The translations under genes were made by a program, and so were the position numbers. Shown one piece after another: positions 39,452 to 55,208 of a DNA stretch of 64,000 nt. This stretch comes from Octopus sinensis. Lineage: Eukaryota. The notes beneath the pieces were generated by a model, which saw only the letters and a program-made list of their open reading frames with translations, did not search any database and was not told the origin of the DNA. Position 1 is the stretch's first letter. Every line of letters starts with the position of its first letter. The stretch is taken from NCBI RefSeq assembly GCF_006345805.1, contig NC_042997.1:109616001-109680000 (forward strand), given 5' to 3'.

Positions 39452-40640
39452 TCTAACCCACCCCTTTCTCTATCTATCCTTTACTCCACCTTCCTTTGTA
39501 TGATATAAAGTGTGGCTGAAGAAATCAGTCAGCATTTGTATCGGTTATTATTTACATTGACGTAGACATACTGGAAATAGTGAAAGAGTGCATCGTGGGA
39601 CCTCTTCGGGAAGTAAAGGAAAGCCCAGAATTGAATGTCTTGTATATATGTGGATCACTTTGGTTCTGATGGAGCAGAAACAAGATTACAGCGATAAAAA
39701 GACTGAATGTCGGGTACGGTTTTATCTTCTCATCTTTTTGTGCCTCAGGAAACTTCTTGTCTTACTCAAGAAGGGAATTGGGTTTAATAGAAGCTTTATT
39801 CTTTATAAACAAACCGAGGAACAGATATTTGTTGATAATGTTATTTCCATCAACTGTATGAATATTTTCAAGTTCTTTCAAAATAGAATTTTTTGGTGAT
39901 ACCACTCACTTCCTTTCGAAAGAAAGCCTGCCAAGGTCCCTGATAATTCAGAACCTTCAGGATCCTGTCAGGTTCTTCAAGTGTTTTAATATCTCTGGAG
40001 CAGGTTTCCTGTATTTATCATTCAATAAAAGAGGAAAATATAGCCCACTCTATCACCGTCATCACGTGACTGGTTTTGTGGAACGCATGAAGATAAAAAG
40101 CGAAGCCAACCCTGACAGAATTTGAACTCGGAAGATAAAATGACAACTAAATTCCACAAAAAGTTTTGTTCATCGTTTTCGCAATTCTGCAAAACTGCAA
40201 ACATTAGAATATTTGTGAGCAATGCTGTACAAAAGTGTGGACTTCGTGAGATTCTGTAATCCTCTCAGATTCACTTTTTCATCTAATATGGCCAACAACG
40301 AATGCCGCTCGGCTGTAATTACACTGTTTGCACTCCTACAAAATACTGTAGATGCATTGCAATGTAGCAATAATAACAGAGTTGTCACGAAAAGGCGATT
40401 TCATACTTCGTAGAGAAACACTCCCAGAAAAAGGCAATGAACTTCCTATTTTAGGAAAACCCTTCAAAAAATGTCTGTCAATGTGGCAGGGGGGAGGGTG
40501 AAATTGTCTGAACTTTATTCATTTCTTAGCATTTAAAACATCATTGAGCTTCTCGTTTTCTGATAGGTCAGGCAACATATAAATACGCACACAAACACGC
40601 AAGTGTGTATATTGTATTTTATGTGTGTGTATGTATATGT

Positions 40641-40794
<154 letters not shown>

Positions 40795-41284
40795 TATATA
40801 CATCTCTAGAATATGTATATGTAATATATATATGTGTGTGTGTGTGTGGAGTGAGAGAGAGAGATGCACTCTTATTATTTCGATGTACAATTTTTATAAA
40901 AATTTTCATTTTATTATTTTTTTCCTATAAATTATTTTTTCATATTTTTTTTGTATGTTTTTGTACGAATAAGATACGTTAAATTCCAGCATATGCAGCA
41001 ACAATAACAACAACAACAACAACAATAATGATAATAATAATAATGGTAGAGGCTATTTTTCCTTTCTTTCTTTTTTATTTATTTTTTTTTTTTCGTTATA
41101 TATATATTTTCAATTTCACGTCGAGATGTAACTGCAGACTGTGAACATATTGCCTCAGTGTAAGGAACTGCCTGTGGCGCCAAGGAAACATTTGAAAAAT
41201 CTCTTGTGGAATGGTTTAACTAATTTTCAAATTTCTTTGTTTTCATTTTGTACATGTACATACATACATACATACATACATACA

Positions 41285-41315
<31 letters not shown>

Positions 41316-41322
41316 GCATGTG

Positions 41323-41365
<43 letters not shown>

Positions 41366-41584
41366 CTGTGTCTGTGTCTGTGTGTGAGTGTGTTTGTGTG
41401 TATATATACATACATATATATATATTCTCATGCATATATGTATATATGTATGTATACATATATGTTTGTGTATATGTGTGTGTGAGTGTATTTGTGTACG
41501 TGTGTGTGTGTGTGTTGATATTTGAATATATAGTCGGTTTTTACACTTTCACACCAACAATAGTAACAAACTACTACTACTTAC

Positions 41585-41633
<49 letters not shown>

Positions 41634-41654
41634 GGTGGTGGTGGTGGTGGTATG

Positions 41655-41686
<32 letters not shown>

Positions 41687-42048
41687 TATAACGAAGGCAA
41701 TGCGTTGTTAAAGTATTCTGTTGTCATATTGCATGCAACGTGGGCGATTTGCTGTTGTTGGTGGAGTTGAAGATGGTGTTGGTGTTAGTGGTGGCGGCGT
41801 TTTGTTTCATTTGGTTTACTTTAGCGGTGGTTGCTGAAGACGTTGGGAGCGTTGGTGACGGTGGTGAGCAGACTGATGCTTCTTAGCTAGCGATGGTGGT
41901 GGTGTTGATGATGATGATGATGATGATGATGACGATGATGATGATGATGATGATGATGATGACGACGACGATGATGATGATGGTGAGGATGATGATAAGG
42001 ATGATGATGATGATGACGACGATGATGATGATGGTGAGGATGATGATA

Positions 42049-42079
<31 letters not shown>

Positions 42080-43795
42080 CAACGACGATCTTTGATGACG
42101 ATGATGATGATGATGACGATGATGAGATGATGATGATGATGATGATGATGATTATGACGATGATAATGGTCATGGTGGTGATGATGGTGGCGTCGGTGAC
42201 AGTGGTGGCGACGGCAGCAGCGATGAAGTTCATGGTGCTTGGATTGGTGTTGACAGCAGTTGCTATGGTAACGACGGAGCGGGGCGGGAGTGGAGGGGAT
42301 GGGTAATGGCGGTAGTTGTCGCAGTGATGATGATGATGATGATGATGGATTTGGTGGGGGTGGGATGATGACGATGGTTGTGTGCGTTTGGGAGGGGTGA
42401 TGATTATGGTTGGGAGGGGCACGGGGGGTGATGATGATGTTGATGATGATAATTGGTGTGAAAAAACACCGGGGCATAGAGTTACTTTGAATAAGGAAGT
42501 CGTTCTCCTCCGCCGCCCCTCTTTTTTTTTTAGTAATTGTAATCTGCCCTGCCCTGTACAACCATCCCGTTGCCAGCATTGCACATTGCACACACACACA
42601 CACACACACACACACCACACACACACACACACACATACACACACACATACACACGTGCGCACATATATATATATATATATATAAGCAGAATAATGAGAGT
42701 TTACCACGCGTTCACACGACACAACATGGGGGTGCCTGTGCTTTGTTGATTTTACTAAGAGTATATATTAAAGAAGAAGAAGAAGAAGAAGAAGAAGAAG
42801 AAGAAGAAGAAGAAGAAGAAGAAGAAGAAGAAGAAGAAGAAGAAGAAGAAGAAGAAGAAGAAGAAGAAGAAGAAGAAGAAGAAGAAGAAGAAGAAGAAGA
42901 AGAAGAAGAAGAAGAAGAAGAAGAAGAAGAAGAAAGTAATTAATAACTGTTGTTATGTTATGATATGAAATTACTTCCTCCTTATCGTAGACAGAATGAA
43001 AATAAAACAAAACTACTGAGCTATGACTAAGCACAAGTGTCCTGGATTCCAAGGTAGCCTTTGCACATAAGTTGTTGTGACATCAATAGGTTTCTGAAAC
43101 AACACCAGATGTAAAAGCTAAACAACTTGAATTTTCGGGGACGTGTGCTGCGCATGGTAAGAAGATTGCAATCCCATGGTTCTAGGTTCAGCCCCACTGC
43201 GTGGCAGTTTGGGTGAGTGTATTGTAATATAGCCTCGGGCGCATCAGAGCCTTGTGAGAGAATTTGGTAAACAGAAACTGAAAGAAGGCCATCATGTGTG
43301 GCATAATAAACACCATAATATACACCACTACCACCACGTGACTATACATCACACCCACCAACAGTCGGGGGGTAGCCTACACCAACAGTTGGAGAGTTGC
43401 TACAAACATAATGCCAAGGAGCTTGAGTCTGGTAACAGAGCCTGTGTAACTGGACATTTCCCAGGCTGGTTCCTTCTGAGGATGGGCCTTTGCCCCCGAA
43501 TTAAATAGGTTTTTGTAAAACTCTGCGCATTGTCAGAAGCTTTCTTTTTTTCCTTTTTTCTTTCCCTTCTTCAATATATATAATTTATAATCTTATATAT
43601 ATATATATATATATAATATATATTATATATATATATATATAACTATATATATATATTATATGTAATCCGAAAGTCGGATTTTTTATCATGGCTACCGAAT
43701 AATTGTCACATATTACATTTACAGATAAATTCCTCTATTTACATAATATCGAGGTCTCTTTCGTTCTTTTGTTGCCTTATCATTACTATCAATAT

Positions 43796-43884
<89 letters not shown>

Positions 43885-43886
<2 letters not shown>

Positions 43887-44068
43887 CGTTAGCCACTACA
43901 AATATTTTTTATTCTCTCCTTGTTTCTTTCTGTGTTCCTTTCTGTAGAAGAGCGTAGGCTCGAAACGTAAAATACTTTTTTCTATTCCTGAGCCTTATAC
44001 TAATACATCTGTTTGTTTTGTACACCACCTGTCTTCGTCTTTTGTTTTTTTCGTAAACTCTCCCTATA
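43885..44068 (+). mobile_element. Family H2 hammerhead-bearing element between (GATA)n and (TA)
   Basis: ccttt-CTGTAGA-a-GAGC-gtag-GCTC-GAAACGTA-aaat at 43937-43973; body homologous to 13950-14157. Confidence 0.7.
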
Positions 44069-44251
44069 TATACATACACGTATACATACATACATACATA
44101 CATACATACTACATACATACATACATACAATACATACATACAATACCATTATGCATACATACTACATCCACCATATAAATAACATCTACATATGCCCTAT
44201 ATGCAATTTACGCACGTAATTTGCGTCTCACTTGGAGTGACACATACTGAT

Positions 44252-44351
44252 NNNNNNNNNNNNNNNNNNNNNNNNNNNNNNNNNNNNNNNNNNNNNNNNN
44301 NNNNNNNNNNNNNNNNNNNNNNNNNNNNNNNNNNNNNNNNNNNNNNNNNNN
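44252..44351. other. Assembly gap (100 N)
   Basis: Run of exactly 100 n; the true size is unknown. Confidence 0.99.
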
Positions 44352-46037
44352 ATTTTCCTATTTACAAACACAGATATATGTATATTAATACAAATGTATA
44401 CGCTGAACCTCGAAGCATCTGTTAAAACGTGACATTATTTTCCCATTTCTAGACATGCTGACTACACACACATCTGTAGTGTGTGTGTGTGGGTGTTTTA
44501 CACATACATAAACACACAAATATGCATACACATGCACGTGTATAATGTATATTTACACAATCCTAATTTCCCATCCTCTTTCTCTCACAGACGCACATAC
44601 ACGTGGCCTCTTAACTTTGATGTTCTACACACCGTCAGCTATAATATATACACCCAGTCTTTCCTTAATTCATTTATATACACCTATGTTAAATAAATAA
44701 TATTTTCATGGACATATTAAGCAATCAGAGCAGTCGTGACAGTAGTCGTAGAAAATTGAATTACACATACACACGTATACACACACACACTCACCCCGCA
44801 CACACATACACACGTACACACCCACACACGTATGTATCAATAATCAATGAAATTAGTAGAGTTGTCGCTTTTCCATGGAGAAAAGGCGTTAATAGATTTA
44901 GACACACTCTCACACATACAAGCCTCCATTCATTATCATCATTTAGCGGTATATTGGAGACAGAAAAGACCAATTATTAAAGCGAAGCTGCATGATTCAG
45001 TGAATCCACCCATGTTATTTAATTATCGTCACTCTGATTCCAACGAAGTTCGAACTCGAAAACTTCAATTGGGGACCCTACCAGATCTCTTATTGCATTT
45101 TAATGAACGACTCTCTCATTTCTCGGCCTCACCTATCGACTCATTGGGAATTTTGCTATATTTCTAACTTTTGTTTATACGAGGTTTTCTTACAACGCAA
45201 CCGCTTCTTAACTGTTGTTGTGGTATTCACGGTTTCCTGTGTATTGGAGAAATGATTATCGTTTATGCATCTGGCAACAGGTCCAAGTCTTTGACAAAGC
45301 CCTAGAACACAAAAATGCGCCTGCCAGTCTTTGCTATGATGATGTTCGTCTCTCAGACAAAATTACATCATCGTGTCTTTCAGTAGTTTACATACATCGT
45401 TTAGAGTCGACCGATGGTTGTTTTTCTATTAATTGCTAGCAAGGCCACAATATTTCATTTTGCAACCATAATATACCACCAAACACATCAAAGGTTTACA
45501 AATCGGTTCTGACTTAATTTTGTATTAGAAATGCGATGTTCTCCCTTTGAACTTTATCTCTGCAGATTTTCTATTCCGAGCCAGCATACGAAGACGTCTA
45601 TATAAGTAATGCTGACACAAAAGCAAGATACAATATTGAGTTTAATATACTTCATGTTATATTTTTTGGTTTGAAAACGAAATATGTTCTTGCTAGAACC
45701 AGTTGCCAGGAATGTATTTAATATGTAAATTGGTCTTTCCAATGGTGTTACACTGACAAATTTAGTGGCTATTTAAGCGATGCATTCGTGGATAGTTGAT
45801 TGGCTGGGTGTCGTGCTGACGAACGGGCAACAGCTCTCGAAATTTGTATATACACCCATTTTTCTTTTATTTCTCATCGCATTGTTTACATAGACGTATT
45901 CGTATACGGAACGTCGTAACTTTCAATGCTGGCTCTGAATTCTATCGAAAATCTATAAAAATATGCTTTAAAATGGTTATTTTAGTGTTTCTTCAGAATT
46001 TCCGCATTACCCCTCCTTTCTCTCCTCTCTGTTTGTA

Positions 46038-46094
<57 letters not shown>

Positions 46095-47256
46095 GCTGTG
46101 ATGATTAAGTTTGCTTCACAATCATATTGTGATTACAGTGTCTTATGACAGATAGCCTCGAGTCAATGAAACCCTTCGGACTGAAATTGGTAACAGAATC
46201 TGTTTGAAAACCTGTCAGATGGTCTAATGATTTGGGTGCGAGCATCCAGCCACGAGGTCGGCGGTTCGCCCTCTGGCCGTGATAATATATTTATGCATTT
46301 TTCCTGTTTTCTTTTTTTTTTTTACTCTTCATTGGCCATGGCAATCCACCCTGTATAAATGGCACAGAGATCTCCATCATCATCGTCGTCTTCATTTAAC
46401 GTCCGTTTTCCATGCTGGCATAGATTTCATAGTCTGATAGGATCTGACGAGCCGCAGGATCGCGCAAAACTCCAATGTCAACTTTGGTATGGTTTCTACG
46501 GTTGGAAACGTTTCCTAACTCCAACCATTTATAGCGTGTGTTTGGGTGCTTTTCACGAGGCACCAGTACTAGTGAGATCACCATGCACCTTCTACAAAAA
46601 AAAAAAAAACGATTCCTTCGATTGAGTGTGGGGAGGTGTATTTGAGAGAGGCGGGGTGCGTTTATTCCGGGTGTTTAGAGGGTAAAGTATGAAAGAGGGA
46701 CGGGTACAGTTGTTTTGCTTGTATTATATAAGGGTGGCCGAGAGTGGCTGGAACGAAAATATAGTGGTGATAGGGTGCCAGAGTGTATTCACAGTGTACA
46801 AGAAGGCAAATAAAAATCTCTGACGGAAATAATGGTAAACCACTTCTGTCATGTGTCAGCAAAGTCTTGTGTATTTAGATGTTCCAAAAAGCCGAACAGA
46901 AATGGTTTAGAAATAAAGCCTGTTGCTTTCATGAAGTTAGTTTCCATTAATAGGCGTTCAGCCTTCGTAGGAATGAACTGTGACGTTCATCCCTTTCCTA
47001 ATGACTTTAGAGGAACAAATGAAAAAGCTGGATATTAAGGTAGGCCAGTCCCCCCCCTCCCACACACACACACACACACAACATACGCACACACACAACA
47101 CACGCACATTTTGCTCTGAACCTCAAATTCGGGTAATTACAGAACTGCATGGATACGCATGCGTTGTTCCATCTTCACATCAAAGTACATACAGATCTAC
47201 ATCCAAGTATGCTCCAAAACTATGTAAACATTAAATATACACCACACACACACACT

Positions 47257-47293
<37 letters not shown>

Positions 47294-47959
47294 CAGAACC
47301 ATCATGCAAGCCATTAATTACTCTTACAAACATACAAAAATAGAATGCAGGCAGCCAGGCTCACACACAAACACACACACACACACACACACAAACACTC
47401 ACACACACGCACTCAAACACACACACACTCACTCACACACACACTCAAACACACACACACTCACTCACACACACACACTCACTCACACACACACACTCAC
47501 TCACACACACACACTCAAACACACACATACACACTCACACACTCTAACACTCACACATACTCACAAACACACACACACACACACATACGCTTCTATGCTC
47601 TCATCTTCTACAAGCATAGCTGTGTGAGGTGGGAATGTGTTTGTGTTTGTGTTTCAAAAACAAGGGAAGTCTGCACATGCATGGATACAATCAGACAGCG
47701 AATGTTCCATTTAATCACGCACGCACACTTACACACTCACACGCACGCACGCTCACACACGCACACGTACGCACGCACGCACCCCCACCCCTCGTAATTC
47801 TTTCTCTCTTTGATGCCACTAACCCTCTCTCCTATATTTTATGTTCTGCCCTTCAATACTGACCTATATTTTTAAGCATTCATCTTCCCATCTCCCGATT
47901 TCCCTTCGAACCGTCGCTAATACACTTTTAACTCAACCTTCTCTTACTCTCTTTCTCTC

Positions 47960-48545
<586 letters not shown>

Positions 48546-49007
48546 ACCTCTGTGTCTATATCCGCGTGCGTGTGTGTGTGTTTGTGTGTGACAAGCTAGC
48601 AAGATTACTTTCCGTCCATCTTGGTAGCAGCCTACCATCCCCGGCGTCGACCCTTCTTTTTTCTCAGTCCAGTCCACAGTCAGTGGATGACGGAGGACAG
48701 ATTTCTGTTAGCATTCGAAAGTGGGTCAAAGCCACGGGTCAGTGGAAAAATAACTGCCGCACCAAGACACCTGATAGTTCTGGTTTTATTTGCAGTGAAA
48801 TAACGGTGGGAAACGCGAGGGGAAAGAAATTTTAAAGAGTTAGAGACATCGGGGATGGGGGTAAGCAAAAAGTGCTTACGAGAGGTTCACTGTAACTTCG
48901 AAGTTAAGTAAACATGTGATCTACTAAAAAGTATTGAATAATCCTTCAGTTTCATGTTAAACTGTTTTTATATATAAACTTGAGGTAACACACACACAAC
49001 CACACAC

Positions 49008-49039
<32 letters not shown>

Positions 49040-49184
49040 CACACACACACACACACACATACATACATACATACACCACACACACACACACACCACCACA
49101 CACACTACATACACACACACAACACACACACACACACCACACACACACATGTATAGTGATATAAAATGGGGATTAGAGAAGTCG

Positions 49185-49690
49185 TTGCAAATATCTCAGC
49201 CAAAGTCAGTAGTGGTGTCCTACAAGGTATTGTGTTGGGCCCACTCCTCTTCATTATTTACAGCTACGACACAGTAGATGTCATCAAACATTTTACATTG
49301 AAAACCTTTGCGGATGATTCCTAACTCCAGAAAGCCATAAGCGGCCTTCAGTCAGATCTGTTTGCCATTGTCCAATGGGCAGAGAAAAAAAAACAATATG
49401 CTTTTAAATGAAGATAAGTTTGCTTTGATCCACTTTGGAAAAGAGAAAACTCTGAAATTACCATATGCTCTTCCCTCGGCGACTCCCTGGTGTCATCCAA
49501 AAATACCAGAGATCTTCGTGTGATTGTTGATTACAATCAAAGCTGGAATTCCCACGTAAACAGCAAGGTTGACTTGACCCGCAAGATGTGCTCCTGGATT
49601 CTGAGAACTTTCCGGTCTAGAGATGCCTACACCATCATCCTGAGATCGATTCGCTCAACGAAAAATTCTTCAAGGTGGTGCCCCAGCATG
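49185..49690 (+). mobile_element. CR1/Jockey-group LINE reverse transcriptase fragment
   Basis: VSSGVLQGIVLGPLLFIIY..TFADDS..LQSDLFAIVQWAEKNNMLLNEDKF..RDLRVIVD..SWNSHVN..ILRTF. Confidence 0.88.
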
Positions 49691-50558
49691 GGCGCAATCT
49701 AATGACTGGAACAAGTAAAAGATAAGCGATTGTATAAATAATTCTTTCTTCTGTAGGCACAAGGTCTGAAATTACATCGACCACAGTGCATAACTGGTAC
49801 TTAGTTTATCGACTCCGAAAGGATGAATGGCAACATCGACCCCGGCGGTATTTGAAGATTGTATAGATAATATAGACCTAAGTAGATAAAGCATGCTATA
49901 TGCCCTTTACTGTTATGATTGGTCCCTGTCCTGCCCCAATTCTCGTTCTATTTTCTTTGATATGAGGAGACGTTGGTGAGCAACATTGTTTAGATTAAGT
50001 CTGTACAAACGTAGATACCTGGTGGATGATTGTATTTAGTTCTCTGGGCCGAAAGTTTAGAATGGTCTCAGATGTTACAGAATGAATGATATTGATTATT
50101 GTCTTCGATACAGTTCTCTCTAGTTGAAGCTGTTATCGACCAATACACAAAAAATCTCTAATATCTTCTGACGCCATAGATATTCTTCTCAAGAAGGAAC
50201 GGAATATGGTTATTGAAGTACATTCTCGTTTCAAAGTGAACGAGCTCAATCAATTTTCCCCCCTCATTTATCGGTAAATTATTTTGTTATACCCATTAAA
50301 TTACGACAGGAAGGTCATATCGGAGTTTAAAGAAGTCATCTCGTTCGTTGACGACTTTCTGATGTTCAGAGATTCCTGCGAATATTTGTCATGTCGTATC
50401 AAAGAAGCTGTGATGTTAGACAGAGCTACAACTTCACAACTAGCATCGCAGAAGTTGCATTGCAATTTTCAAAACTATTTTTCAGTGTCCAATAACACAG
50501 TACTTGTTCCACGTCCTCACGTTGTTGTTTTTTCCTGCTTGTTCTTGTTTGGATTGAC

Positions 50559-50608
<50 letters not shown>

Positions 50609-50610
50609 TA

Positions 50611-50805
50611 TCGTATTTTTCGGCCTAGAAGTCGACGTGGTTGTATACTGAGAATTTTCTAACATTGCCACTATGCTTGAAAATCCTGTTGCATTTCACA
50701 TGGACTTTTTGGTCCTCCAAAGACTTCCTGGTGTATAAGTCGGCCTACAATTTTTGGCTGCAAATTTTGATCTGAAAAATTCGACTACTACGCCGGAAAA
50801 CACGG
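50611..50805. mobile_element. pogo/Tc2-type MITE
   Basis: TA-tcgtatttttcggcctagaagtcg ... cgactactacgccggaaaacacgg-TA inverted ends; internal tataagtcg repeat. Confidence 0.7.
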
Positions 50806-51358
50806 TAAGTATATTATGTACACGCATACACACTCACACATACATAAACATACACGCACATATATAAACATACATATATACATAAATATGTACATATATA
50901 TATATATTTATATGTATGTGTGTATGTATATGTACATGTGCCATGTTAGCGTATATATTTCACTCGTTTAAATACACCTGTTTTATTGTATATTCAATGA
51001 ATGCTCACCATTATAGTCACCTTTTATTTGACACAAGTCAAAAGAAATGAAAGAAAATAAATACTTGTCACAGCATAAAAGATGTCCACAAATATTCAGT
51101 GTTTGTGGAAAAAAACGTCACAAATGACAAAGAAATGCTTTCTTTCTCAGCTCAAATTGACGCTTTTATGCCAACACAAAATACCAAGACTATTATTCTA
51201 TGCCCATATTTTATGTTTCTAGATTTTTCTGTCTTAAACAATTTCTTTTTCCGGAGAAGTTTTGACCGGTTTTTTTAATGTCTATTTTTGTCCCTCTTTC
51301 TAAACAAAATACACAGTTAGTTCATTCGCCAAGCTACGCGGCGCCACCAGTTACCTAC

Positions 51359-51520
51359 CTGCCTGTCCAGCCACGTGGTCCGAGAAATTTGCATTTTTAA
51401 TGCGGCTGGTGTCGTCGGAATGTCGCCCTCCCGTCTAATAAACACATTGGAATCTGCCTTGACCAACCCCGGCCCCATTTTGCGGTAACCGTCTTGGATT
51501 TCCTCCATCTCACCATTCGG
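51359..51520 (-). CDS. Candidate internal coding exon of an unidentified host gene (54 codons, phase 0-0)
   Basis: ctcttcaggcttag acceptor; open frame PNGEMEEIQDGYRKMGPGLVKADSNVFIRREGDIPTTPAALKMQISRTTWLDRQ; CAG/GTAGGT donor; 162 nt; GC-richer unique sequence. Protein not recognised. Confidence 0.45.
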
Positions 51521-53142
51521 CTAAGCCTGAAGAGCTAGGATTTTGTAAGAAGCCTACGAAAGTTAATGTCGTATGTGGCCGAATCAATCTGCTTTAAATA
51601 ACACACACACTCACACACACATACACACACATGCGCATACGATGCGCTTCCACACAGTTTGCGTCCATCAAGTTCACTCGAAGCATTGGCGACCTATGGC
51701 TACAAAAAGAAGGCAATTGACTGAGATGCGTAGTTGAACTGAACCCGAAAGGGTGTGATTACCAGGCGAATTGCTTAACCACACTGCTACGGCTGCACCA
51801 TTAGCCACGCATATGGCGCATGCGTGTGTGTATGTGTGTGCTTGCGTGCGAGAATATAAAACCGATTTGTTTGGTTGCTGGTTACAGTTAATGTACCTGT
51901 TAGCTTACTCTGAAACCTGATATTTCCGCGGATAAAACAGGTTTAGATATCCCGTGGAGGTCACAATTTAAACGTTTATACTTAAGTAACATCTGTAAGT
52001 GATAAGACTATCAATGCTTTACTACACACACACACACACACAAACACGTACGTTTTCAATTCGCTTCCCTTCCTATCCCCACATAACCTTCCAGTTTCAG
52101 GTTTTTCGAAAAAAATCTTCTTTATTTATTAAATCTTGTCTGTCTCGGACAACATTTCCATTGAAGATATCACCAAATGATTGGTTGGTCAGTATCTTCA
52201 TGCCTACATGTTGTTTTAACCCCAGGTCGCGACTGAACGAACGAACCTTGGATAAAAAGCTTCCCTATATACCTCCTACCTCTTTTTTTTTTTTGCACTC
52301 GTTGTGGGCGCCAGATTACATTAAGCCTTTTGCTACCATATTTCTTTTTTTTTCAAGTTATTTTGAAAATAATGGACCATTTATTATATCCTGAGAAAGT
52401 CATTACGCCAAGAATAGCAACACACGCACAGGTTAAATATCACTTCTTTCTTAGTCAATCGGTTATATATCTAATTAACTAATTGATCATTTATCGAATG
52501 TGCTAGTTAAACAATCAGTCGGTTGCCTGTTAGTCAAAGTTCTCTCGTCGCTGTTTGCCAACCTTTTCAATTACTGCTGATCTCGCTCCATCGTTTACAT
52601 GGTTTGCTCTCACCGGACAATTTATTAAAATAACTTGTTTATTAACCTGGTTTTGCACGAAATTCGAATGGTATCTCATGATTACTTTGAAACTGGAAGT
52701 TTTTATATCATAGAAGCAGGGATAGCCTGGGATGGGTTACTTTTAAAAAGGGTTTTATTCTTGTGTTTCATTCATTCGACTGCGGCCATGCTGGAGCACC
52801 GCCTTTAGCCAAACAAATCGACCCCATGACTTATTCTTTGTAAGCCTAGTACTTATTCTATCGGTTTCTACTAAGTTACGGAGACGTAAACACACCAACA
52901 TCGGTTATCAAGCGATAGTAGGGGACAAACACAGACACACAAACATATGTATATATATGACGGTTTTTTTTTCAGTTTCCGTCTACCAAATCCACTCACA
53001 AGGCTTTGGTCGGCCCGAGGCTACAGAAGACACTAGCCCAAGGTGCCACGCAGTGAGACTAAACCTGGAACCATGTGGTTGGTAAGCAAGCTACTTACAA
53101 CACAGCCACATACACATACATTCATAAATACAGACATATGCA

Positions 53143-53210
<68 letters not shown>

Positions 53211-53554
53211 AAGCTGTGAAATGTAGATTGAGGGAGATCTGGTCACTACTTCATGAGTACTAGGTACCTATTAGTACTTATGCTTAATGTTTATATATGA
53301 AAGCTTATCCAGTTTGGAACAGGTTCTTGTCAGCCGAATTGTTAAATGACTCGACTTGCCTTTAAGTGTCCTCAACGGTAATAACGTAGCTCTTGGACTC
53401 AGACATTTGATGAGGTGGTACCTACATCCATCAGAACATGGCTCTTCGAAGATAATCAGGGAACTGGAAAAAAAAAAAAAGAAGAGTTCTTTGAAAAGAT
53501 CGGTTTCTGTTCGTAAACTTCGACCCCTTGATCAGACAACGTCAGCGTGTCATT

Positions 53555-53835
53555 ACACTAATCCGTCGACCATCGCGAGTGTTACGTTCCAAAACCCTCC
53601 GCCATAGGTGAAAATCCGGGGAAATAGAAACAGTACAGTACTGGATATATATAATATATATAATATATATATATATATTATATATATATATATATATAAT
53701 ATATATATATATATGTATATATATATTGTTATTTTTATAATTTGTGTATATTTATTGTATTATAAATGAAAAACAACACCATAGAGGAATCGACATAAGC
53801 TTAAATAATAAACCGCGATAGGTGAACCGCGATAC
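53555..53835. mobile_element. Tigger/pogo-like MITE remnant with internal (TA)n, right end abutting a SINE
   Basis: tcgcgagtgttacgttccaaaaccctccgccataggtgaaaatcc and aaaccgcgataggtgaaccgcgata subterminal motifs. Confidence 0.55.
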
Positions 53836-54974
53836 TAAGGCGGTGAGCTGGCAGATTTGTTAGCACGCTTAGCAGCATTTCGTCCGTCCTTTCCATTCCA
53901 TTTCAAATTTCGCCGAGGTAGACTGTGCCTTTCGTCGTTTTCGGAGTCGTTGAAATAAGTACCAGTTGAACACTGGGGTCGATGTAATCGTCTTACCCCA
54001 TCCCCCGAATTGCAGGCCTTGTGCCAATAATTTGAAACCATTATTTTTATGTCGTTTCGTCCACTAACGGGTTGGACGGGGATTCGAAATCTCGCTGTCA
54101 AAATCTGACGTTTTTATTTACCGCTGTTTGGATGTTAGTTTTTAGGATTTCGAAAGAGTTCTGTTTACAATGCAATAGATTTCCGTCGTGGCATTTGGAC
54201 ATTTATGGCATTGATTTCCTGTGTCAGAGGAAATCATGAGAGGAAATAACTGGCATTAAGATTTGTTTTAAACACTCGCCAATTAATTTATTCGCTTAGC
54301 TTCAGTATTTGTATGGGTGGGGGTGAGGTGGGGTGGGGTGGGGGAGTATTTAATCAAGTATTTTTCTTTTTTGTTTTCGTTTTCAATGTGGCTAGCTTAG
54401 TTCGAAACACAAACTATGAGTCTTCTATGTACCTTTACTATTTGTTGAATTTTGCTGTCATCCGCCTGACTGTTTGAACTGCGATAGTTTACTAAAGTCC
54501 TCCAATCAGTTACACCATAAGAAATACCGTTTCTAAAACGAAGACATTTAAAAGAACAGCTTCCATTAATCTCAAACTTGTTACACACACACACATACTC
54601 ACACAGACACACGTATATATATGAATGTATATATCTATGTATAATGTGTTACAATGTAGCTATTTATTGCTATATTTCTTGCATCAGGCATATTTCATGA
54701 GATGAAAGAATTCGTTTGATAAAAGCGATATTACATTAAAGAAACTTGTTAGGAACGGGAATGGTGGGGATATTAAATTCTTCACAGATTCAATTTTCGC
54801 AGTTTGGGCGTTGTTAGTTCCATTTCTAATGAAAATTGACGACCGAAAACGTGGAATATTCCAGTAATTTCTTTACTGACACCCAACTCCCCTTCCCCAG
54901 CAAACGATCTAGACTTGAGATAGTCTCTTTCAACTCCAACTTTCCATTACACTTTATTTTATGAAATAAGCTAC

Positions 54975-55165
54975 AGACATACAGACAGACATTCATACAT
55001 GTGTGTGAGGGTGAGAGAACCGAAATTGAATTGAGCGTTACCTATCAGTCAGATGAGGTCAAATTTTGACCTGTGACAGATATTGGATTGCATCTCTTTC
55101 CTTCTCTTTTTCTACCACACACACACACACACGCATACACACATACACACACACACACACGCATA

Positions 55166-55208
<43 letters not shown>

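Noticed and set aside
46440-46480. ctgacgag-ccgc..gcgc-aaaac hammerhead-like string within an RTE-like 3' repeat
   Set aside because: GAAA core absent, stem II mismatched and no stem I
50330-50380. FVDDFLMF resembling an RT YxDD motif
   Set aside because: No other RT motifs in frame nearby; likely chance
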